Assembly (NCBI GenBank): GCA_050084515.1
Contig: CM114271.1
Coordinates: forward strand, 3,472,001-3,536,000
Source: Blasia pusilla
Taxonomy: Eukaryota
Direction of reading: 5' to 3'
DNA: 64,000 nucleotides
The position numbers and the translations under genes are program-made. The notes under the pieces were generated by a model, which was not told where the DNA came from, made no database searches, and saw only the letters and a program-made list of their open reading frames with translations. Each line of letters opens with the position of its first letter. The stretch's first letter is position 1. Below are positions 23,029-35,590 of the stretch, piece by piece.

Positions 23029-26000
23029 AAATCCTTGGTGAGCGTAAACTTGGGGTCGTGTAAGATCTGGACGTTTGAGAAGGAACTCAAGAGACGAGGA
23101 GGAGATCTGAGAAAGCAAGGACTTGCAAATGGTGTCAAAGGGCAAAGAACCAAGGAAGCCGTGAGTCAAATCAAAAAATCCGAGAGACGAATCAATGACC
23201 GATCGTGAGCCAGAGGAGGAGATAACGACTCCCAAAGTGCCGAGTCCCAAACGTGAGGATGTCCCAAACGCAAATCTTTCCACGGGGCCTTTGGCTTCAA
23301 AGTCAAAGGACGCGGCCTTTTATATCCAAATGATGGATTTGATGAAGGTGACAGCGGACTAGATGGCCCAACAGAGCAAGACAAGGTGACTGTAGCGGTC
23401 ACTTTTTTAGAACTCAAGTCGAATGGAGCCTCTAGTTCCGACAAGAAGCTTTGTAAGGCAAATTTTCCAACGCCATTCACAAGAATGGGGCGTTCTAAAA
23501 AAGTGAGCGAGTTTCTAACGGAACTCAAACTTTACTTCGAAGCGCAAAGGGCAGAGGACCAAGACAAAGTGACTGTAGCGGTCACGTTTATGAAAGATCA
23601 CGCTCTCCACTGGTGGACGGCTCACCACAAAGAATATCTGGGCCATGTAAGAACTTGGAGTTGGGAAGAGTTCAAGGGGATGATTGGTTATTGATTCACT
23701 CTAGAATATCAGGAGTATCACGATGGCATGGAGTTTGTGAGGTTGCGCCAAAGCGGATCCCTTCGCGCTTATGTGCGAGAGTTCAATGCACAAATGAGCT
23801 CACTTTCCACATATGAGTTTACAAAGAAGGTGATCTTCTTAAGTGGACTCAAGCTGAGTGCCAAAAAGGCCATCTTTTGTATGCCTCACATTCCAGAGTC
23901 GTGCGTGGAGCTTCTGAGGCTAGCAAAGCGGATAGGGGACGATGAAGTCCAAAACCAAAAACCCTCTGAGCCAATTTTTTTTTCTTAGTTACCAAAAAGC
24001 AAAGGGGCATCCGAGAGCGTTTGGAATGGGGGTGAGCACGACCACGGATGGTCTCTTGCCCTAGCAGCGAAACGAGTGGAAGTCAACGCGAAGCCAAGAG
24101 GGTCGTCGTTCCCGAAGTCAAAAAACGCCAAAGTGATTTGCTACGATTATGGTGAACCCACGCATATGGCTAAGGAATGTGTGAGGCCCAAGGTGAGTAA
24201 ACTGAGTATGATTGTGTTTGCTGCTAAGCACTTATCAGCAGGAGATCTAGATACATCTCTCCAAGTCACCAAGAGAACTCCCATTTTTTTTTACCTAGGA
24301 TCCAAGATTGCTGATTGCAATGCGATGTTGCTCGTTGATACAGGTGCTTCGCACTCATTCTTGAGCCCGAGAATCGTGAAGACGTTGGGATTGCCAACCA
24401 CTAAGAAGGATGAACCCAATAGGGTAGGATTCGCCGGAGGAAAATCCCACCAGACCTGAGAATTGGTTTTAGGACTAGTTGTGGGATACGGAGTATTCGA
24501 GTTGAAGGAGAATTTCTCAGTTTGCGACATGGATGGAATCGATGGAGTCTTGGTGAACACATTCTTGGATGCGTATGAGATGGAACTAAGGCAAAGACCT
24601 TTGAGGTTGAGCATCTTGGTTAACAGCTAACGGACGGACGTCAGATTGGTTCATGAGGTTCCTAGAAAGACAGAGTTGGTGAACGCCATCATGAGGATGA
24701 GTTTGACCGAGTTAGAGGAAGGATTCCTTTGCTTGATGAGACAAGTAGAGGATGATGCAAGCCCAAGATGCAAAGATCAAAACTCAATTTCAAGGGGAAT
24801 CCCTTAAATACTCAAGAGAGTTGTGAAAGAATTTGGAGATGTGTTGACTAAGGAGCTTCCGACTAAGTTGCCACCACATAGGGCGGTTGATCATAAGATA
24901 GAGGTGATACCTGGATCTCAACCACCTTCAAAGGCGCCATATAGGTTGAATCAAGAAGAACTTGTTGAGTTGAAGAAATAGTTGGGTGAACTCCTAGAAA
25001 GAGGTTACATCCAAACTAACAAGTCACCTTATGGAGAGCCCATTCTCTTTGTGAAGAAGAAGGATGGAAAGTTGAGACTCCGTGTTGATTAGGGGGCGCT
25101 AAATAAAGTGATGTTAAGGAACAACTATCTTCTTTCGAGGATGGATGACCTCTTTGATCAATTTTTAGGTGCCAAATATTTCAGCCGGATTGATATGAAA
25201 TCAAGATATTATCAGATTTGGATTGCCGAAGCGGATGTAGAGAAAACTGTGTGTAGGATGAGATACGGTTCGTTCGAGTTTGTAGTAATGCCTTTCGGTC
25301 TTTGTAATGCCCCTCCGACGTTCACCACTTTGATGAACTCCATCTTTCATAAGGAGACGGATGATTTTGTGATCATCTACATAGATGACATACTCATCTA
25401 TTCGAAAAAAATAGAGGAGCACGCTAGACATTTGAAGACGGTGTTTGAGAAACTCAAGGCGAACAAAATGTATGCCAATGCGGACAAGAGTGAGTTCGGT
25501 TTGACGAAGATCAAGTTCTTGGGGCATGTGGTTAGTGCAGATGGAGTGAGTCCAGATATGGAGAAGGTAAGCCTGATTGTCGAATGGGAACCGCCTTCCA
25601 CCGTGAAGGGGATGAGGAGGTTCATCGGAGCGCTCCTGTTTTACCGGACATACGTGAGGAACTTTTCGAGAATAGTGAAACCTCTCATAGATTGGACCAC
25701 CAAGTTTGCAACACAAAATGGACCAAGGAATTGGATAAAGCGTTCAATCGAGTCAAGGAGATCCTCTCGCAGGAACTAGTTTTGAAGCTACCGGAGTTCG
25801 ACCAACCATTCGAGGTGCACATTGATGCTAGTGATTTCGCAATTGCAAGAATGTTGGTGCAAAAAGGGAAACCTGTAGCATACAAGAGCAAGAAGCTTAA
25901 CGACACCGAAAGGAGATGGTCCACTTATGAGAAAGAGTTGTTCACGGTGGTTCATTGCTTGAGGAAGTGACGCCACTATTTGGGACTTCACAAGACTCGA

Positions 26001-26632
26001 GTATTCATCGATAACATATTTCTCAAGTATTTTGAGATCCACAATCACGTAACACCAAAGCAATTGCAATGGCATGATACCTTGGTGTTGACGAATGTGG
26101 AGCTAATCCATAAGTCGGGGAAAGACAATGTCATTCTAGATGGGTTAAGTCGCAGGGATGAGCATATGCCATCGACGACACAAGTATCGAGAGCAATGTT
26201 CCCTAATGAAACTAACCTGGAAAGAAGGATTCGTGAAGGATACATGAAGGATACGCAGGCAAGTGAGTACCTTGGGAAGTTGAAACGGGGTGAGAAGGTG
26301 GCCAATCTAAGTTTGAGGCACGGCTTGCTAAGGTTTAAGCAGAGCAGGATCTATGTGGGCCAAGGCAAACTACGGACCAAAGTGTTTGTGGAATGTCATG
26401 ATGGACCTTTGGCATGAAACAAAGGGGAGAAATCCACTCTTAATATTTTGGCCAAGAGGTTCTTCTGGCCCAACATGAAGGAAGATGTTGCTCAATATGT
26501 GAAGACCTGCGTGACCTGTCAGGCGAACAGAGTTTCTTATGCGAAGAAGCAAGGCTTCCTTCGTCCTTTTCCGATCCGAGAGGGACCCTTGCAAAGCATT
26601 AGCATGGATTTCATTATGAGTCTTCTGGAATC

Positions 26633-27467
26633 TGAAGGATACAACGCTATACTTGTGATAGTTGATCGGTTTAGCAAGTTGGGGAGGTTTGTGCCAACGA
26701 GAGATTCTGCGATGGCCTACACGACTTCCCGACTATTCGTGGATGGTTAGTGGCGAGCTCATGGATTGCCTAGAAGCATTGTGTCCGATTGAGATCCAAA
26801 TTTTACCAGTGCCTTTTTGAAACATCTATTCAATTAAAATTTGAAGGATACAACCCTATACTTGTGATAGTTGATTGGTTTAGCAAGTTGGGGAGGTTTG
26901 TGCGGACAAGAGATTCTACGACGGCCTACACGACTTGTCGACTGTTCTTGGATGGTTGGTGGCAAGCTCATGGATTGCCTAGAAGCATTGTGTTTGATCG
27001 AGATCCAAATTTTACTAGTGCCTTTTGGAAAAATCTATTCAGTTAAAATTTGAGGGATACGACGCCATACTTGTGATAGTTGATCGGTTTAGCACGTTGG
27101 GGAGGTTTGTGCCAACGAGAGATCCTACGACGGCCTATACAACTTCTCGACTGTTCTTGGATGGTTGGTGGCAAGCTCATAGATTTCCTAGAAGCATTGT
27201 GTCCGATCGAGATCCAAATTTTACCACTGCCTTTTGGAAAAATCTATTCAGTTAAAATTTGAGGGATACAACGCTATACTTGTGATAGATGATCGGTTTA
27301 GCAAGTTGGGGAGGTTTGTGCCAACGAGAGATTCTGCGACGGCCTACACGACTTCTTGACTATTCTTGGATGGTTGGTGGCGAGCTCATGGATTGCCTAG
27401 AAGCATTATGTCTGATCAATATCCGAAGTTTACGAGTGCCTTTTGGAAACATCTATTCAGTTAAAAT
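26633..27467 (+). repeat. 4 x 209-bp tandem array derived from the integrase core
   Basis: Units start at 26633, 26842, 27051 and 27260. Each encodes EGYNAILVIVDRFSK...IVSDRDPNFTSAFWK. Confidence 0.95.
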
Positions 27468-28612
27468 CCAAAAAGGAGGAGGAGGACTACCCGACGCCGC
27501 TCCATGCCGGCCTTGTGGCTGTCCTACCTTACTAGCTATCGTCGACGACTTGGCCCCATGAGTCTACCTTATTTCTGCAACGCACCTACCACGTTGTTGG
27601 GGCCGCCGTGTTCCGTGATGTCGGGGCCCTGTCTTGGCCAAATTCTCTGCTTGTTGCCCCTTGGCCATCGGGCTAGCCTAATGTTTGTCCATCTATTATA
27701 TTTCCTGCCTACTTCCTGACCGGCTTGACATTGCAGTGCAATCGTGTGCAACTTGACCCGCCTACTACCGTTCAGCTGTTGTCGCTCTGTGGACTTGCGG
27801 GCGAGTGCGTTGCTTGTTGCCGTCCATGGGCTTGGCGCCGGACTTTCTTGGCACGGCCAGTCGACTGTATTGCCACACTTTTCCATTGCTGCCGCGGTTT
27901 TTTCCGCCAACCTTTGCCATGCAACCTTCTGATTATGGTTGTAGCTTTCGACCCTATCCTTTCCCATGCGTGACCTACCAACATGGCTATTGGAGATATT
28001 TTGGTACTTCTTTTCTCGTTGTGTTTATTCCATGAGTTAGCATGGGATCGTGCATGGTTGTGTGTATGTTTGGTTATAGCGATGTATGTTGTGTAGCAAT
28101 GTGTATGCACACAACACTTTTCTATTTGTGAAGTGGAAAAATGACTAGTCAATTTACAATTTTTTTGAGGTCGTAAACTTTCTCCACTCGTAAGTTGATA
28201 CCAATCTTGGAAATCGCTCGCGAGAAAGTCATTAAATATTTTAACATAATGACCTAAAAAACTAAAAAAATATAGATGTGAAGCATTGGATTTTTTATGC
28301 AAAAGTAATACCAAGAGGAGAGATAAGTCATTTTGATAAGTAATTGAAAATCTTGGGTAGTCTATAATAAGAAATTTGATTCTTGAATAGACGAGGGGAC
28401 AACAGGTGTATACAAGTTTTCTAACCCGAGGTTGGGTTCGTTAACCCTGATTCCTCTCCAAAATTCTCATGTAAAATAAGAATAAATTCATCACATTTTC
28501 ATATCTGATCCACGGGAGACTACAATGTAAAGCACAACTCCTCCCCATAAAAACAGCAGATGATGTATTCGATCAGGGTGGATTAACTACTGGACTCTCA
28601 CCCTCCATGGCC

Positions 28613-28800
28613 AAACCCTAGGTTGAATAGTAGGAAAGAATTAAAACCCTGCCATGAGAAATGAAAAAAATACATGACCAAACCCTAGCATGAATAGTAG
28701 GAAAGAGTTTTAACCCTGCCATGAGAAGTGAAAAAAAATATATGACCAAACCCCTTGATGAATAGTAGGAAAGAATTTTAACCTGCCATGAGAAATGAAA
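28613..28800. repeat. ~3 x 68-bp degenerate minisatellite
   Basis: aaaccct..tgaatagtaggaaaga..ttaaccctgccatgagaa.tgaaa repeated three times. Confidence 0.85.
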
Positions 28801-29048
28801 TGAAATGAAACAAATATGACATGGAAGCGCCACGAAACTGCAGAAAACTAATTACCGCAAAGCTCGCCTGAAAGTATCCGGTAACTTAACGTGGAGCCGG
28901 TCCCCTCCGCTGCAGGCGGTCGGGGGACAAGAAAGCCGGCCCCCTCCAAACTGGGGGCCCATCGCGAGCGAAAGAAGAAGTTGGGTAGGGTGCCAATCAG
29001 TCTAAAACATAACAGTACAATAGTTAATGTTCTTCCCACGCTACTCCA

Positions 29049-29200
29049 GTCTAGCCTAGCCTAGTCTAGCCTAGCCTAGTCTAGCCTAGCCTAGCCTAGT
29101 CTAGTCTAGTCTAGTCTAGTCTAGTCTAGTCTAGTCTAGTCTAGTCTAGTCTAGCAGGACCCAAACTATCCTAGCCTAGCTTAGCTTAGTCTAGTCTAGT
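29049..29200. repeat. (CTAGT/CTAGC)n pentanucleotide microsatellite
   Basis: Seen directly in the sequence. Confidence 0.95.
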
Positions 29201-29941
29201 ATCCGGTAGCCAGAGTAGGATAGTCGTCTAGTCTACGGCGAGTTTATTATTAATGGACAGACTCTGGACTGGACGGGAGTGGACGGAAGCGGACCGGACT
29301 AGGATAGGTTGAGTTGAGTGGGGATAGGATAGGATAGGATGAGTTGTGTAATGGAAATCATTGTCAAGTGTTTATGTGTAGGAGGAAGGAGTAGGGCGCT
29401 ACAGATCGTAAGTCACTGGGTGGAATGGAAAGTGGACGGTTCAACGGTTGGCAGGAGGAGGAGGAGACACAAGCATTTGAACTGCTCCACGAGCGATGAA
29501 TCATCAGAGCTCGTTCGTTTCCGCGCGCGCGCGATGCCTTTACGGCCGACGCGCAACATCGACAGTCCGGACAGCCTTGCAAATTCGCGGACTCTGAAAA
29601 GAAAGGTGATGGATTTGTAGTAGTAGGCCGCAACGATGGTAGGTGGCATTCGGTCGCGCGCTTGGGAGCAGTGTGGTGGTGGCGGTGCTGCTGCTGCTGC
29701 TGGCTGAAAGTCAACATTATATTTTTTTCCTGGCTTTGTTTGTCGCTCGATTGGTATTACCTGAGCACTGTTGCCCCAGTTCTACTCTCTTTCCAGCCAC
29801 CAAAAGCAGAGATTGATTGTTGTGCTTGAAACGGACGAGAAGTTGAGAACTCCAGATATCGATAGAGAGATGATCTACGACTGTGAAGCGCGACGGACAC
29901 GGGCAGGTAGGGGCTGATTTGAGCGCGTGCGTGTGGAGGAA

Positions 29942-30048
29942 CGAATGAGTGATGGATTCGCGGAATCGATCCATCACTCATGTCTCTCGATGCTCGAGCA
30001 GAAGCAAAGCGTGTGGTCAACTTGTTCCACGAATCCATCACTCATTCG
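29942..30048 (-). ncRNA. Candidate miRNA-like hairpin
   Basis: 24-bp inverted repeat 29942-29965 / 30025-30048 with one mismatch, which becomes a G:U pair on the minus strand. No match to a miRNA I recognise. Confidence 0.3.
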
Positions 30049-32413
30049 GTTCGATGATCGATCGGTTTAGGGCGGAGTGCGCGGCATGGGGAGCGTATGA
30101 AACCCAAGCGCAACGTCTCATGAAATGAATGAATAAACATTAACGGGATCCGCTGACAGATTCCTCCGCGCATATATTTTTGTCCATGCGCGGACCATTA
30201 TTCCACGCTGCGTGGCTCCCATGTCAACTCCTGATTCCCTCGTACGTTCTCTCCCTCAAGGACAGAGGATCCGGAGTTTGCCTGCCAGCCAGCGCACGAG
30301 ACGCGTAACAAGGTCTTCCTCTCCTCTCCTCTCCTCTCCTTCTCAATCCGTCCGTCCTCGCCCGACTTTCGTTCGTTGGAGGATCTGTTGCGGGGAGTTT
30401 CTCCGAAGAAACTCCCCGCAACAGATCCTGCAACCCTAAACTGCCACCGCTCGCCGTCCTGGCTGGAGGCCATGCTTCCGGATGCCAGAAAAACGCGCGT
30501 TCCTTAGGACAGCAATCCAATCCCGCGGCCCATAACTGGAATCCATGGGAAAGGCAAGGAAAGGGAAATAATTTCCCAGCGGAATGGAGGACCTTTTTGA
30601 CCACTTTCGGGGTTTGTGATTTGTGCACCTCAGCTCCTCGGCCCATGATTCGACGGATGGATGGAAGGAAGGAATGGTAGGATCATTGACCTGCTCGCGA
30701 ATCGATCCTATCCGGATGCCGATGGTTGTCGCCAGCTCGGTGGAAATCAATGAAACTTTGCTAGCGAGGGCATTCTTTTTGACTTGGGTGCTACTTGCTT
30801 GCTTGGAAGTGGCAGGAGCGAGAATCAAGCGAGCGAGGCGAGGCAAGAATCGCTCAAATCAATTCAAGTAGGAGCTGCTGCTACTGTCGTCGCCGCTGGT
30901 GGTGGCTTTCACGGCTGGATTGTTTTCATTGATTAATTCATTCATCAACTCCGAGTCACCTACTACCGTATATTGCGAAGTGCGCGCCCACTCATCATCC
31001 GTCGCGACGGATTCGGGCGTCGAAGGGCTGTCGGGTTCTGCGCTCCCCGTCTTTTTCTTCCTTCGTTCGCAATCCATGACGTCTTCGTGATGTCCGGACA
31101 CGGGGCTCGAGACGCAAGACAATCGACTGAATGTTTGGACGAAGAGAGAACAACAGCGAGAGAGTCGAGAGAGAGTGCGAGCGGAAGGGGGGGACTAACT
31201 AACTGCCACTTCGTCGGACACCTTCGACCTTTGGACATGCTCTTACTTCCCCTTTACAGGCTGTGGGAACTTCCGGTCACCAAACGGTAGTGTTAACCCT
31301 GGTCGCATGACCCCATGTAGGCTCAGCTCACCATGCATCCATGGGCACGTGCCGGGAATAAGAACGGGGAGATCGCTAAATATGTCGCTAAAACCGGACA
31401 TTTCCGATTCATTTAAAACTCGTCGGCAAAAAACGGGCAAGGTATCTTTGTAAAATTATTTGATAAACCAGTTGGAAATCATAATTTACCGACCCAATCT
31501 ATGAAACGCCGGCAGTTTATCGATTCTTGTGAAAAAACTCCCAAATTATGGCAGGACCCATTTTCGTAAAAAAATTGATCTTGCCGTTCGCCACGTAAAG
31601 ATCATCGGGTCTCATTTATTTACTTGCAGTTTTCTGTTAAACGTGTCGCAAAGACGTTGGGTCCATTCTGCACCCAAAAGTTTTGGGCGCGGAAGAATCG
31701 GCAACGTTCTTTTGTCGCCACGCGGAATGCGCGGAATGGAACGGAGCAGCGATTTTGGGCGGGGACGGCGAGAGGCATGGATTGGGACGGCGGGAGGAAG
31801 GACGGAGGGCGTAGGGGACGAAAAGAGACGTGCTACATGTCGAAACGGAGAGCGTGACGAGAGCTTCGTTTTGATCCGGACCTTGCTGCATGGCGTGAAG
31901 TATTTTTATTTTTATTCATCTTTTTAGAATTCGGTTCATATTAGGGTTCCAAATGTGAATATTAGGATTTAGCTTATTGTCATTTGGAGAAATTTCCTAA
32001 GGTAACGTCCTCTATTCACCCACCCTTCCCCTCCTTTCCCAAGTCCTTTCTTGTTTGTCGTATTTGTCGTATGTGCTTCTCATTTTGGTTCGATTCTCGT
32101 TTGTATTTGTTACCCTTCCGCATACATACACTTTTCTTCTCATCTATTTTATCTTGAAGGGCCCATGATCTTTTCACACTCTTAGCAACTCTAACGTATT
32201 CATGAGTTTATTTTTGGGAGGGGTTGGGACTAGAAGTCCTAGGTGATGTTGGTAGGTGAGAGTTTATGTTAGAGGGAGCATTACCGTGGACGGGAAGAGA
32301 GTGGTTTGCCACGACCGCTCGTTCGAATGGGGATGACAGGATCAAGTATTGACGGGGATTGTCGCACGATTTTATTGGAGGGGGCCATATCCTCTTCTTG
32401 GTGAGTTGCATCC

Positions 32414-35400
32414 ATGCCTCGACCCGCATTGGCTCCCCGTGTGGGGACCCGTGGGTCGTCTAGTCGGGATACTAAATGCCCATGTTGTCCCGAATTCTTC
32501 ACTCGTTCAGGAATTCGGAACCACTTAGCGGCTAAACATCCTGACTTTGATAGATTTGGATGGGTGGTCCCTCCTGTCGACCATGGATGCTCTCCGGTGC
32601 TTCCCGCATCATCGCCCCCTCCTGAGGCATGGGAGTGGTTGAGGTCCCACCAGGGCAGCATTATAGGTCTCTTCGAGACCCGTTTTCCCTGCCCGAGGTT
32701 GTTTCATAGGATCCCCCATGCTATTCGGGACGACCTCCGCCACGCATTCCTCCTTCCCCTCGCTAGGATCGCCCTTGATCCTATGGATGAGCTCGTGGTA
32801 CCTACTACTTCTCCTTCCACGATGGTGTCTTCGTTACACTTGGGGAGGGAAGGCCGGTCATAGAGAGGTTATAGCACGCCCGAGACGCTTTCGAGGAGGT
32901 GATTGGGAGTCTGCAGAGTGAGTTTGTGGCATTCGCAGAGGAAGTAGTTCACCTGGTTTCCGGCAGACGATCCTGGAGCAGCCAGTTGCGACGATGTAGG
33001 ACATCGGGCGAGCCGTGAGTACTCGCGAGCCGACGTGTTTCTTCGCCGATGGACATGGCTCTCGCTTCACCGTTACCATCGATGCCCTCCGGAGGCTACA
33101 TCCTCGCCCATCGGTTGACATTCCAGCTTTTGCACGTGACTTCCACCCCGACACGGCTATATGCCTTGACCCGTCCCTCTTTGCACGGGCACTGGACGTT
33201 CTCCGAGGATTGCGGCCGGAGGTTTGTCTGCGGTATGATGTACGAACACCTTCGTGATTGCTTTCCTTCCGAGGACACCGCTAGCGGCTTCCCGAAGTTG
33301 CTTCAGGTTGCCTCTCACCTAGCTTCGGGAGAGTGCCAACAAGAAGGGCCCAAGTATTAGGGGCGGGGCGACTTTGGCGTTGTCAAGGGGGAGGTGGTAT
33401 CCGTCCGATTGCCATAGGTGAGGTGCTCTTGCGGTTGGTGAGTCGTACTCTCGCTTTGCAATTCCGTGAGGCTTTCAGCCACATCCGAGTCCGCACCGTT
33501 TGAGTTGCCACGCCACCGGATGTGAGACGGTTGCCTTAGGTTTGAGGGCTTGTCTAGATGTACATCCAGAGTGGGTGGTTCTCCAAGTGGACGTGGAGAA
33601 CGCCTTCAACTCAAGATCTCGGCTACTATATTCACAGAGTTGAGGGACGCTGGGTGGCCCCATGGCGAGCCTCATTCCCTTTGTGCAGGCTTTTTATGGG
33701 GCCCTTCGGCCCTCTATTTCCACCATGGTCGATTCGAGCAGGAGGTCACGGTCTTGGAGTCTGCCAGGGACTCGCTCAGGGTGACCTCTGGGTGGCGCGT
33801 TGTTTGTCGTGGGCTCATTACCGAGCGGTTCTTTCACGGTGGAGGCTTTCCCGGTTGCATGTTCCTTCACGCAGATGATACTCATATTGTTGGTCCCGAG
33901 ATCTGGTTGTCCCTGCATTCGAGCACTTTTCAAAGACGCTTGGCACGTGTCGGCCTGGCGGTGAAGGTGGGGAAGTGCAAGGCTTGGTCTCCATTAGGCC
34001 TACGTGATGATCTACATTTACCCGACGGCTTCTTGCGACTGTCGGAGGGCTTCGAGTCTTGGGAGTACCGCCGGGAGCCAGGACTTTGTATCGACTTTCG
34101 TGGGGCAGCGGCTCTACCGAGGATCTTCTCCACGTTGATGATCTTACGAGGATTGGTGACCCTCAAGTCGCCGGCATTTCTCTTCTTGTTTTGCTCGAGA
34201 CCTGGTTACCTCACTAGAACATCCGGACATCTAGTCACCTTTCTTCCCTCAGTATAGATCCTTTGATAGGAAGCTCATGCAGGTGTTTGGGGATCTTCTA
34301 GGACCCGGCTCCTTAGAGTGCCCCATGGGGAGTTAGCTCAGAGACAGGCCTCTTGGCCGATTTCTTTTGGTGGAGTAGGTCTTCTCTCGACCGAGTTAGT
34401 GGCGCCTCCTTTTTTTTTAGGAGTTGGGCCATAGTGGCACCCCTCCTTTGCTCCCGATTTTTGGTTAGAGATAGACCGCTCCTTCTACACTACGTCTCCC
34501 GTGTCGAGGATGGCTCTTTCCCACTTCAGTCTTCACTCACGCCTTGTAGAGATTCCCTTCGAGTTGAGGCCGAGCCGTTCTCCCCACTTTCTCCTCCTTA
34601 GTTACCTCCGGTCGGCCTGGCTCCAATCTTCCTTGATGGAAGCCCACTTTGAGGCAGTTTTTAGAGGCACTATGTCCGACGGGAATATCCCCATGGAGGT
34701 TAGGGCCCGTGATTCGCTCTTGCCCGGAAAGGGGCAGGCTCATGGGTAGGGGCGCCCCTTCTCCAGCTTTCCGATCGCACCACTTACCTATACCACAGCG
34801 ATGCGGTTCCGCTTTGGGCCTCCCCAACCATCGTGGTTGGTTCGACACACCGCGAGTGTCGCCGAGCCTGGATCCACTTGGTGTGCATTTGGCACGCTGT
34901 CCGATTGGGGGTGAGAGGATAGCCACCACGATGCAAAGGCGGGATATCATGTTCAAGATTGCTCGGGAGAGTGGCTTCCATGTGCGAGAGAGAGGCACTA
35001 CTCCATGCGGGATTCCCTCATTCGTGCCGATCTCTACATGACACGTGAGGTGAGGTGGTTGTGGCGGACGTGGTAGTCACAGATCCTACGCTGGAGGGGC
35101 GAGCCCAAGTGGTGGTGGGGCGAATGCTACAAGGAGCGAGCGGCGGCGAAGAAGACACATATCTACAAATCGACTACACGAGGGACACATCTTCATCCCC
35201 CGGCCATAGAGATGTATGGGGCTATGGGGGAGAGGTTCGACTCGTTCTCACGGATCGCGCCCATCATCTCCACTCGAGAAATGGGTTGTCCTTAGCTACT
35301 GCGATTCTCAGACAGGCAGCTGGTCTCCATAGCGTTGCGGCGTGCCAGGCTAATGGGATTTTGCGGCGGCTCAGTCGTGGGAGACGCCGGCGCTAGAGGC

Positions 35401-35590
35401 CCACTTAGTAGTAGTCATAGCTCTCTTGTTGTTGCTGATATTGTCTCGCTGTTGGTGAGTTTAAATCGTTAGGGGGAATGCCCCCTTCTTCCTTTTCTGG
35501 TCGTGTTGTGGCCTTCAGGTTTTGACTCTTTGAGTCCCCCTCTTTTGTACTTCCGATGGGTTTTCCATCACTCGTTTTTATCGAAGTGCA
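32414..35590 (+). mobile_element. CRE-like non-LTR retrotransposon, near full length, heavily frameshifted; copy 2
   Basis: N-terminal C2H2 finger CPCCPEFFTRSGIRNHLAAKH, SWYLLLLLPRWCLRYT, IRPIAIGE, QVDVENAFNS, ADDTHIVG, DPLGVHLARCPIGGERI, VVADVVVTDP, IEMYGAMG, and the shared 3' UTR. Confidence 0.85.

Larger units (their letters stand above)
22092..27467 (+). mobile_element. Ty3/Gypsy element of the same family as the 1311-2323 LTR; 5' LTR plus gag-pol, truncated in the integrase
   Basis: LTR 22092-23014, PBS, gag (FMKDHALHWW; LRQSGSLRAYVREF), protease LVDTGASHSFL, RT MPFGLCNAP and YIDDILIYS, RNase H IDASDFAI, integrase ISMDFI and IVDRFSK. Many stops. Confidence 0.93.

Noticed and set aside
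1311-27467. Idea that 1311-3120 (3' end) and 22092-27467 (5' part) are two halves of one element split by an inversion
   Set aside because: The flanks do not form a TSD (agaaa versus gattg in element orientation), the LTRs differ by many substitutions and a ~90-bp indel, and the second copy is not flanked by Copia sequence.
26633-28800. CRISPR-like arrays (209-bp and 68-bp repeats)
   Set aside because: Head-to-tail repeats with no unique spacers, no cas genes, and a eukaryotic TE context.
30248-30270. ctctccctcaag resembling the 5' part of miR477
   Set aside because: Only ~11 nt match, the 3' half differs, and there is no complementary arm.
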